Shown here piece after piece: positions 1-7,976 of a DNA stretch of 64,000 nucleotides. The position numbers and the translations under genes were made by a program. The notes under the pieces are model-generated. The model ran no database searches and was not told the origin of the DNA. It saw only the letters and a program-made list of their open reading frames with translations. The DNA comes from Thermodesulfobacteriota bacterium. Its GTDB lineage: Bacteria; Desulfobacterota_D; UBA1144; Nemesobacterales; UBA2774. Where the stretch lies: positions 1,600,001 to 1,664,000 of the forward strand of contig OZ244991.1 of the NCBI GenBank assembly GCA_965223335.1, written 5' to 3'. How positions within the stretch are numbered: position 1 is the stretch's first letter; each line of letters starts with the position of its first letter.

Positions 1-82
1 ATCACCTTATATTTGCAATATAATCATCAATAGAGAGATTTAAAGTGACGGACCCGAATTTAGATTGTTAGGCGGTTCATCG

Positions 83-361
83 ATGACACAAATAGTCTTG
101 GATAGTGCTAGGGAACTCGAGCGGCTGGGGGAGCTTACGGTTGCAATATGCTCTGTGGTGGACAGTGATGGGTTGAGCGAAGAGCTCGGGTGCACACTGG
201 ACAGTCTCATCGGAGATATGGGTGAGGCTCTATCAAATAGAGATTTAAGAAATGCCAGGGTGCTTGTGCTTAGAATGCTGTCTGAGATCCTGGGTTACGA
301 GCCCAACCGTGCAAAGTTCATCATGAGTAACCACCTTAACCCCAACACTAATTGGCTGTGA
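83..361 (+). CDS. Hypothetical protein (~92 aa)
   Basis: ORF track 65..361; ATG at 83 preferred over TTG at 65; helical, acidic composition; no family recognised. Confidence 0.5.
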   Translation: MTQIVLDSARELERLGELTVAICSVVDSDGLSEELGCTLDSLIGDMGEALSNRDLRNARVLVLRMLSEILGYEPNRAKFIMSNHLNPNTNWL

Positions 362-468
362 TAGATATCTATATGCGCTCGAGGATCCGGGTGTGCCCTA
401 GATCTCTATGCGTCGTTTATAATAGTGTTCCACGAGTTTCGGTTCCGGATCTGTCGAGACTGGGTGAG

Positions 469-690
469 TTATTTCTTTGTGGTCTTTATGATCTTAGATC
501 TAGCTTCTCTGGGCAGGTGTTTCTGCAGATATTCTACAACCGCTTCCCTTACTATTTGTGCTGGCCGCATCTGAAGGTGCCACTGCGATTTGTTTAGCAT
601 ATCAACGAATTCTTGAGACGCCTTTACATAAATCGCCTTTTCCATGGTCTCCTTCTTTTTTTCTTCCTTTTTTCCTCTCTTCTGTGCCAT
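469..690 (-). CDS. Small basic protein, possible ribbon-helix-helix (CopG-like) DNA-binding protein
   Basis: Short beta-like AIYVKAS followed by two helices ending in AQIVREAVVEYL, the usual RHH second-helix pattern; Lys-rich termini. Confidence 0.55.
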   Translation of the reverse strand: MAQKRGKKEEKKKETMEKAIYVKASQEFVDMLNKSQWHLQMRPAQIVREAVVEYLQKHLPREARSKIIKTTKK

Positions 691-847
691 ATTATATATA
701 TAACATAGTTAAAATATAAAGGAAACCGATATTTTTTGCTGCGTAGGTAATTGCGAAATTCATCGGGTCGGGTTCAAAGTCGAGAATTGTGCCGTTTATT
801 TCATGTATCATTATTTTATATATGAGTTGTAATCAGAGGACAATGCA

Positions 848-1939
848 ATGAAATGGTCGTGGAAAATCGGGGAGTTTGCGGGCATAGGTGTGTACATGCA
901 TGCGACCTTCCTGCTTATAATCGGGTGGGTAGTGCTTATCCATTGGCAGCACGGCCATGATCTAAGTACTACGATATCGGGGGTAATTTTTGTCCTGGCT
1001 CTGTTCTTTTGTGTCGTGTTGCACGAGTACGGACACGCCCTTACAGCAAAAAGATACGGGATTAAAACACGCGATATTACACTGCTGCCCATAGGCGGGG
1101 TTGCACGCTTGGAACGCATGCCCGACGAACCCAAACAGGAGCTTTGGGTGGCACTCGCAGGCCCTGCTGTTAACGTTGTAATCGCTATAATTCTCTATTT
1201 GTGGATCCGTGTAACAGGGGGGCTTGAGCCCATGGAGGAGCTCACCGTGACAACGGGCTCCTTTGCCGAGAGACTATTGGTGTTAAACATTGTTTTAGTC
1301 GTGTTCAACATGATCCCGGCATTCCCCATGGACGGCGGGCGGGTGCTCCGAGCGCTTTTGGCGATGAGGGGCGATTTTACAAAAGCTACTCAGACTGCTG
1401 CAACCATCGGCCAGGGTATAGCACTACTATTTGGTTTTGTGGGTCTATTCACAAATCCGTTTTTAATCTTCATTGCACTATTTGTGTGGATAGGTGCGGC
1501 ACAGGAAGCGAGCATGTCCAAGATAAAGTCCGCACTCGGAGGCATACCGGTGTCAGAGGCCATGGTTACAAGCTTTAGGACCGTTAGCCCCTACGACACC
1601 CTAGATCAATTGGTCCAGTTAACCATGACGGGATCGCAACAGGACTTCCCGGTAGTGGACAACAGCCAGGTAGTTGGTCTTGTGACTCATTCAGACCTCA
1701 TTTCTCACCTAACCGAGCGGGGAAGAGATGCGAGGATAAGCAGCATCATGCGTAAGGAGTTTAATACGGTAGCCCCTGGGGATATGCTTGAAGCTGTTTT
1801 CGAAAAGCAGCAAATCTCTGACAACCGCACCATACCGGTGGTCCAAGACGGTAGGCTGATAGGGCTACTGACCATGGACAACGTAGGTGAGTTTATGCGG
1901 ATTCAGTCTGCACTCTCTTCATATGGCAAGGACCGCTAA
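848..1939 (+). CDS. Site-2 protease (M50 zinc metalloprotease) with C-terminal CBS pair
   Basis: HEYGH zinc motif, AGPAVN, NMIPAFPMDGG, several TM segments, CBS motifs FPVVD and IPVVQDGRLIGLLT. Confidence 0.93.
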   Translation: MKWSWKIGEFAGIGVYMHATFLLIIGWVVLIHWQHGHDLSTTISGVIFVLALFFCVVLHEYGHALTAKRYGIKTRDITLLPIGGVARLERMPDEPKQELWVALAGPAVNVVIAIILYLWIRVTGGLEPMEELTVTTGSFAERLLVLNIVLVVFNMIPAFPMDGGRVLRALLAMRGDFTKATQTAATIGQGIALLFGFVGLFTNPFLIFIALFVWIGAAQEASMSKIKSALGGIPVSEAMVTSFRTVSPYDTLDQLVQLTMTGSQQDFPVVDNSQVVGLVTHSDLISHLTERGRDARISSIMRKEFNTVAPGDMLEAVFEKQQISDNRTIPVVQDGRLIGLLTMDNVGEFMRIQSALSSYGKDR

Positions 1940-1987
1940 TATTCAGTACCATATAGGGCAGAGATAATTTATCTGTGGAGAAGGCCG

Positions 1988-4240
1988 GTGAGTAGCCAAG
2001 AGCAAAAAATCAATCCTGACAAAGATGCAACGACGTTTCTCTCAATACCGGATATGAGCTGTGCCGGGTGTGTGGAAACAGTTGAGAAGTGTCTACGCGA
2101 GATTCCCGGTGTCGAGGACGCTAGGGTAAACCTGGCCGATAAAACCGCTGTGGTCGAGGGGAATGTACACGACCATTCACTAGTCGATGCTGTGAGTGGT
2201 GCCGGCTACACGGCTTCCGTAATAGAGGATGAAACCAAGGCCGATGCTAAGAGGGATAATGCGGAACTAGAGCATTACAAGCTATTGGTGCGCCAAACCA
2301 TTGTGGCGGGGGTTATAGGTGTATCGATTTTAATTGTAACCATGTTCGACCTGCTTCCTCGAATGGATACAAGGCCGGGTCAGATAGCCTGGGGTATAGT
2401 TGCTCTGCTTTCGTTATTCGCCTTAGTGTATTCCGGAGGCAACTTCTTTCGGGGCGCATGGAAGTCGTTTCAGCATCACAGCGCCAACATGGACACGCTT
2501 ATTGCCATTGGGACCGGCGTGGCATGGTGCTACTCGATGTTTATAGTGCTTTTTCCCAATGCCTTGAGTCTCTTGGCCCAGCATGTCTATTTTGATACCG
2601 CTACCATAATAATTGCATTCGTAAAATTGGGCTCGGCACTCGAGATCCGCGCCCGAGGTAAAACATCCGAAGCCATAAAGAGACTAATAGGCCTAAAACC
2701 CAAGACAGCCAGGGTTGTGAGGGACGGTGAAGAGGTCGATATCCCAATAGAAGAGGTCCTACTAGGCGAGGTCCTAAGGGTCCGCCCTGGTGAAAAAATA
2801 GCGGTAGACGGTGTAATAACCGAGGGTGCCTCTCATATAGACGAGTCGATGCTCACAGGTGAGCCGATCCCTGTCGGAAAAGAGGCGGGGGACGAGGTCA
2901 TAGGTGGGACGATTAACAAATCCGGCACTTTCCTCTACGAAGCAACGCGCATAGGAAAAGACACCGCCCTTTCACAGATAATAAGCCTGGTAAAAAAAGC
3001 ACAGAACACAAAACCCGCTATTGGCCGGCTCGCCGACAAGGTCTCATCGTACTTTGTACCTTCAGTACTTATTATCGCAATCATAACTTTATTGATGTGG
3101 TTTAACTTCGGGCCCGAGCCCAAAATTACATATATGATCGTCACCACCATTGCTGTTCTCATAATTGCCTGTCCCTGCGCGCTGGGATTGGCCACACCGA
3201 TATCGATAATGGTCGGGGTGGGCAAGGCTGCGGAGCACGGCGTGCTCATACGCAAAGGCGATGCACTCCAGCAGTCGGGTGAGCTTACCACTGTGGTACT
3301 GGACAAGACCGGTACCATCACAGAGGGGCGGCCCAAAGTCACCGCAATTCACACGGTACAGGGTGTAGACGACACAAAGATACTGTCATATGCAGCCAGT
3401 GTAGAGGTGGGCTCCGAGCACCCGATCGCCGAGGCCATTATTGAGGCTGCCCGAGAACATAACACACTACTCATGGAGGTAACTGATTTTGGGGCGATAT
3501 CGGGTATGGGGGTTAGAGCAAATCTCGATGGCAGCGAGGTTCTTTTGGGCAACCGCAAGCTGATGGATAGCAAAGGGGTTAATATCGATGGGCTCAGAGC
3601 CGTTGCCGATGAATATGCCCGGGAGGCACGCACCGTTATGTACGTTGCTCATAACAACAGTGTCCTAGGTGTGATAGGGGTATCCGATCCCATCAAGCCC
3701 GATTCCCTAGAGGCTGTTAAAAGTCTAAGAAACATGGGGCTTAAGGTGGTGATGCTAACGGGAGACAACGAGTCGACCGCACAGGCTGTGGCCCGGGAAG
3801 TGGGGGTTGACAGTGTAATTGCCGAGGTCATGCCCGAAGATAAATCGAGCGAGGTCGAGAAGCTTCAGCGCAGCGGCGAAAAGGTAGCGATGGTTGGTGA
3901 CGGGGTTAACGACGCCCCTGCGCTTGCACTGGCCGATGTGGGTTTTGCAATTGGCACTGGAACAGATGTAGCCATAGAGAGTGCCGATATCACATTGATG
4001 AGGGGGTCGCTTACAGGAGTCGTAGATGCAATCAAGCTCTCGAAGGCCACACTACGCAATATCAAGGAAAACCTGGTCGGTGCATTCGCATACAACACGC
4101 TGGCTATCCCTATTGCTGCCGGAGTATTGTTCCCCATATCGGGGGTGCTGTTAAACCCTGTAATCGCTGGCGGGGCCATGGCTCTGTCATCGCTTACGGT
4201 GGTAACAAATGCAAACAGACTAAGGTGGTTTCAACCCTAA
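1988..4240 (+). CDS. copA: Cu(I)-translocating P1B-type ATPase
   Basis: N-terminal MSCAGC metal-binding domain, [23 protein letters not shown] and MALSS motifs typical of P1B-1. Confidence 0.95.
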   Translation: MSSQEQKINPDKDATTFLSIPDMSCAGCVETVEKCLREIPGVEDARVNLADKTAVVEGNVHDHSLVDAVSGAGYTASVIEDETKADAKRDNAELEHYKLLVRQTIVAGVIGVSILIVTMFDLLPRMDTRPGQIAWGIVALLSLFALVYSGGNFFRGAWKSFQHHSANMDTLIAIGTGVAWCYSMFIVLFPNALSLLAQHVYFDTATIIIAFVKLGSALEIRARGKTSEAIKRLIGLKPKTARVVRDGEEVDIPIEEVLLGEVLRVRPGEKIAVDGVITEGASHIDESMLTGEPIPVGKEAGDEVIGGTINKSGTFLYEATRIGKDTALSQIISLVKKAQNTKPAIGRLADKVSSYFVPSVLIIAIITLLMWFNFGPEPKITYMIVTTIAVLIIACPCALGLATPISIMVGVGKAAEHGVLIRKGDALQQSGELTTVVLDKTGTITEGRPKVTAIHTVQGVDDTKILSYAASVEVGSEHPIAEAIIEAAREHNTLLMEVTDFGAISGMGVRANLDGSEVLLGNRKLMDSKGVNIDGLRAVADEYAREARTVMYVAHNNSVLGVIGVSDPIKPDSLEAVKSLRNMGLKVVMLTGDNESTAQAVAREVGVDSVIAEVMPEDKSSEVEKLQRSGEKVAMVGDGVNDAPALALADVGFAIGTGTDVAIESADITLMRGSLTGVVDAIKLSKATLRNIKENLVGAFAYNTLAIPIAAGVLFPISGVLLNPVIAGGAMALSSLTVVTNANRLRWFQP

Positions 4241-4249
4241 AATTACAAT

Positions 4250-4663
4250 ATGACGATACTGATAGTTAACCTGGCTGGAATAACTGCAATAGCCTTTATA
4301 GTATGGTGGTTTTGGCTCTCGGGTACACGGAGCGTTGCCCGGACCGACGGCAGTGTTATTACCGTAATTGTTGATAGCGGGGTATACGAGCCCTCACAGA
4401 TTAAAACGGTTATGGGTAGGCCGGTAACACTCAGGTTTATACGCAAAGACCCCAGTGTGTGTGCCGAGAAGGTAATATTCAACGACTGGGAGATTAATGC
4501 CGATCTACCGCTTGATAAACCCTATGATCTCACATTCACACCCGACAAACCGGGGGTGTTCGAGTTCACCTGCCAGATGGCAATGTACAGGGGCAAACTC
4601 ATAGTCGAGAGCGAAGGACTATTGAGAGTTATCCCCATCCACATAGATGAAAAAGTGGGGTAG
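4250..4663 (+). CDS. Membrane-anchored cupredoxin-domain protein (CupA-like)
   Basis: N-terminal TM ending WWFW, Cys in SVCAEKV and FTCQMAMY (CxMxM); 9 nt downstream of copA. Confidence 0.85.
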   Translation: MTILIVNLAGITAIAFIVWWFWLSGTRSVARTDGSVITVIVDSGVYEPSQIKTVMGRPVTLRFIRKDPSVCAEKVIFNDWEINADLPLDKPYDLTFTPDKPGVFEFTCQMAMYRGKLIVESEGLLRVIPIHIDEKVG

Positions 4664-4798
4664 GAACAAGGCGCAATCCATGTATATCTGTTAAACACCT
4701 ACACCTTACCGGATCGAACCCGGCAAACCTCAGATCCCGCAGAACACTGCCTCTATATATTTATAGGAGTCAAAGCGGTCAATTTCAGAAAAGGAGAG

Positions 4799-4999
4799 TT
4801 AGTTCACTTTTTCTACGTTGCTTGCTTGCAAACCTTTAGGACTTTCAACAACCTCGAACTCAACCTCTTCTCCTTCTTCGAGTGTCCTGAACCCAGCTCC
4901 TTGAATGGAACTGTAGTGTACAAATACGTCATTTCCACCATCATACTCAATGAATCCATATCCTTTGGACTCGTTAAACCATTTAACTTTACCTCTCAA
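4799..4999 (-). CDS. Cold-shock domain protein (66 aa)
   Basis: GKVKWFN-KGYGFI (RNP1) and DVFVHYS (RNP2); TTG start at 4999 preceded by GGAGG SD. Confidence 0.95.
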   Translation of the reverse strand: MRGKVKWFNESKGYGFIEYDGGNDVFVHYSSIQGAGFRTLEEGEEVEFEVVESPKGLQASNVEKVN

Positions 5000-5030
5000 A
5001 TTACTGCCTCCTGTTAAAGATTTTCCGTCA

Positions 5031-5096
5031 ATCTTACATATCGCGATTATCAAAGTCAAATAAAAATTTGACTTTGATAAATGTTATATATAGCCT
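5031..5096. promoter_or_regulatory. Back-to-back sigma70-type promoters built on a perfect 15-bp inverted repeat
   Basis: TTATCAAAGTCAAAT-aaaa-ATTTGACTTTGATAA at 5047-5080; minus strand TTGACT-N17-TAAGAT toward csp; plus strand TTGACT-N17-TAGCCT toward tpx. Confidence 0.65.
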
Positions 5097-5154
5097 AAAA
5101 TCGATCATTCATTATATAACGAGAACAATAAAAATAAATAGGGGGTAGTTCTAG

Positions 5155-5670
5155 ATGTCCGAAGAAAGATCAGATGTGGTTACGCTAAAAGGTAATCCCC
5201 TCACTCTTATAGGAGCCGAATTGAAAGTTGGTGATACGGCGCCTGATTTTTCGGTGCTCGAAGGTCTCGGGGCTCCTGTCTCTCTGGGTGACCTGGCCGG
5301 CAAGACCAAGGTTTTTAACGTAGTGCTGTCCGTGGATACTCCGGTGTGTGACACACAAACAAAGAAATTCAACGAAGAGGCCGCCGGGCTTGGGGATGAT
5401 GTCGAGATATTAACACTCAGCATGGATCTGCCGTTTGCTCTTAAGCGCTACTGTGCTGCTGCCGGCATAGACAAGGTGCGTACTCTCACAGATTACAAAG
5501 ACGCTTCTTTCGGTGAGGCTTACGGTGTGTTGATAAAAGAACACCGTTTGCTGGCCCGCGCTATCTTTGTAGTCGATAAATACAATGTGGTTAAGCACGT
5601 AGAGTATGTAAGCGAGGTTGCTTCCGAGCCCGACTACAACTCGGCGCTCGAAGCCGTAAAGAACGCTTAG
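5155..5670 (+). CDS. tpx: Thiol peroxidase (Tpx-type peroxiredoxin)
   Basis: SVDTPVC peroxidatic motif, SMDLPFALKRYC, LLARAIFVVD, EPDY. Confidence 0.93.
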   Translation: MSEERSDVVTLKGNPLTLIGAELKVGDTAPDFSVLEGLGAPVSLGDLAGKTKVFNVVLSVDTPVCDTQTKKFNEEAAGLGDDVEILTLSMDLPFALKRYCAAAGIDKVRTLTDYKDASFGEAYGVLIKEHRLLARAIFVVDKYNVVKHVEYVSEVASEPDYNSALEAVKNA

Positions 5671-5784
5671 ATAGGTAATAACCGATTCACAATGCTAGAG
5701 AAATTAGGGTGCAGAGTAGTTTGAATAGATGCCACCTAGGGGTATTATTATATATTGACTACATGTAATTAAAGGGGAAGGAAA

Positions 5785-6378
5785 ATGGCTATTGGAGATA
5801 TGATTTCTAAACTCTTTCAAAAAAACGACGACAAAGATAAACCCACTGTGGATCGCTCTAAAGTCGAAGAGGTACTCTCCGACTCGAAGCCAGAACACAT
5901 CCACAAGGTCGAGACCATGGATATTCACGATGTTGATACACTCGACCGCGAGAAGAAAAAGCAGTCTGCCAAGGATGAAGAGGTCCTCGATCTTGTGGAA
6001 GAAGTCACTGAGGATAATGATAAAAACGCTAAAGCGCAGAAGTCGCAAGCGGCCACAGATTCCAGCCACTCAGAGGGTGATGTAAATGAGGCTAAAGTGC
6101 TGCAGGTTCTAAGCGAGGTCTACGACCCTGAGATTCCTATAGACATAGTAAACCTAGGGCTTGTTTACGATATAGATATAGATGACGGCACTGTGGATAT
6201 CAAAATGACTATGACCTCCCCCGGCTGCCCCGCTTCCACGCAGATTGCCTCTGAGTCAAAGTTACTGGTCGAGGATATACCGGGTGTGAAAGAGGTTAAG
6301 CTCGATATTGTATGGGACCCACCCTGGGACCCGAGCAAAATGAGCCCCGAGGCCCAGGAAAGCCTCGGTCTGTTTTAA
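5785..6378 (+). CDS. DUF59/SufT-like Fe-S cluster maturation protein with long charged N-terminal extension
   Basis: VYDPEIPIDIVNLGLVY, MTMTSPGCP, VWDPPWDPSKMS. Confidence 0.88.
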   Translation: MAIGDMISKLFQKNDDKDKPTVDRSKVEEVLSDSKPEHIHKVETMDIHDVDTLDREKKKQSAKDEEVLDLVEEVTEDNDKNAKAQKSQAATDSSHSEGDVNEAKVLQVLSEVYDPEIPIDIVNLGLVYDIDIDDGTVDIKMTMTSPGCPASTQIASESKLLVEDIPGVKEVKLDIVWDPPWDPSKMSPEAQESLGLF

Positions 6379-6479
6379 ATCAGTTTTAGCAAGCCACAGG
6401 TAAACCCGGCTAAGTTTGCTCGGACGGACTACACCCCTAATCATACCGAAAATAAACTGGTACGATTCCTATAACTGAA

Positions 6480-7217
6480 ATGGCTACTTTTCCAAAAGGT
6501 GTTTTTGTAACTGGCACGGATACCGGTGTTGGCAAAACGGTCGTAACAACTGCAATTGTCTCGTCCCTTTTGCAGTCGGGCAAGGCCGCGGTACCAATGA
6601 AGCCTCTACAAACCGGTACTAACCTGCCCGGGGCCATGGATATTGAGTTTGCACTTGGCGCTAACGGTTTGGACTACTCTTTGGATAGCGTGTGTCCCTA
6701 CCGCTTAACCGAACCTCTAAGCCCCTTGGTCGCAGCCGAGATAGACCGGGTTGAGATTGATATCCACAGGATAGCGGATGTATACCAGCAACTCAGTTCC
6801 GACCATGACACAGTGGTAGTCGAGGGTGCGGGTGGGTTGCTTGTACCCATTACCGAGAGCTATTTCATGAGTGACCTGGCAAGGGAACTATCCCTGCCTG
6901 TGGTAATTGTTATCCGCCCGGGGTTGGGCACGCTCAACCACACACTGCTTACCCTGGAGACCGCAAAGTCACGCGGCCTCGAGGTCCTTGGACTTGTCAT
7001 TAATGGTTATCCCACCGAGCCTAATCTCGCAGAAAAGACTAACCCGGTTGTGTTAACAAAATTATCCGGATCACCCATCTTGGGGGTGCTTCCCCATGAC
7101 CCCGGCCTGTCAGTAGAAGATCTGCAGTGGGGCAACCTAAAGGGGATTGCGACAGGTTCCATCGCCCCTTTACTGGGGGGCACATTCTCATCTGAATCGT
7201 TTTTAAACCGGTTTTGA
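6480..7217 (+). CDS. bioD: Dethiobiotin synthase
   Basis: FVTGTDTGVGKT P-loop, KPLQTG, VEGAGG, LGTLNHTLLT. Confidence 0.95.
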   Translation: MATFPKGVFVTGTDTGVGKTVVTTAIVSSLLQSGKAAVPMKPLQTGTNLPGAMDIEFALGANGLDYSLDSVCPYRLTEPLSPLVAAEIDRVEIDIHRIADVYQQLSSDHDTVVVEGAGGLLVPITESYFMSDLARELSLPVVIVIRPGLGTLNHTLLTLETAKSRGLEVLGLVINGYPTEPNLAEKTNPVVLTKLSGSPILGVLPHDPGLSVEDLQWGNLKGIATGSIAPLLGGTFSSESFLNRF

Positions 7218-7294
7218 TTTGTAAAACGATTTAGAAATTAACCATCCATTTGCTCTTAAATTTCAGTATTTTAGGCCCGCCCACGGCTAAATAC

Positions 7295-7324
7295 TTGACA
7301 GATATCTTGAGTATGATATACATT
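7295..7324 (+). promoter_or_regulatory. Putative sigma70 promoter of the act operon
   Basis: TTGACA at 7295 with TACATT 18 nt downstream. Confidence 0.45.
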
Positions 7325-7396
7325 GTAGGCGTTTTTGAGAGATTGCACCTAAATCTTTCCAAAATGGACGCATTCCATAGCCAAGGTATTAGCTAA

Positions 7397-7963
7397 ATGA
7401 TAAGAGCCTTAAAACTTTATTCACTGCCAATAATCTCGGTATTCCTACTCGTGGGTTTTTATTTTTACGATGCACACAGTCGCGATAAAGGGCCCGAGCA
7501 GCCAGTTAGATTCAGCCACAAAATCCATGCCGGCGAGGACAAGATCGATTGTAAGTACTGTCATAGTTTTGTGGATGTATCGCCCAACCCCGGCATACCG
7601 TCGCTCAAAAAATGCATGGGCTGCCACACCCACATTGTGGGACGAGACGTCGATTATGATTTTGACGGCACCACCATAAATATTAAATCCGAAATAGCTA
7701 AAGTAAGAGAGTACTGGGACAACAAAGAGCCTATCCCGTGGGTCAAAGTAAACTCTAGGGCCGGCTTTGTGCACTTCACACACAAGCGCCACATAAAGCG
7801 CGGATTCGATTGTGTGGACTGTCACGGTGATGTCGCAAGCATGGATCAGGTATACAAGGTGAACAGACTCAATATGGGTTTTTGCATCACTTGCCATACC
7901 GAGAACGCAAAGGACCATGAAGAGCTCACGCACTTAAAGGACTGTTTGACCTGTCATTATTAA
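7397..7963 (+). CDS. actA: Alternative complex III pentaheme cytochrome c subunit
   Basis: N-terminal TM; five CxxCH motifs (CKYCH, CMGCH, CVDCH, CITCH, CLTCH); PEQPVRFSHKIHAG; first gene of the act cluster. Confidence 0.88.
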   Translation: MIRALKLYSLPIISVFLLVGFYFYDAHSRDKGPEQPVRFSHKIHAGEDKIDCKYCHSFVDVSPNPGIPSLKKCMGCHTHIVGRDVDYDFDGTTINIKSEIAKVREYWDNKEPIPWVKVNSRAGFVHFTHKRHIKRGFDCVDCHGDVASMDQVYKVNRLNMGFCITCHTENAKDHEELTHLKDCLTCHY

Positions 7964-7976
7964 ATTGGAGGAGGAG

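Noticed and set aside
1947..1960. CsoR-like operator TACCATATAGGGCA before copA
   Set aside because: Only 5 of 7 positions are symmetric and there is no csoR in the window; too degenerate to call.
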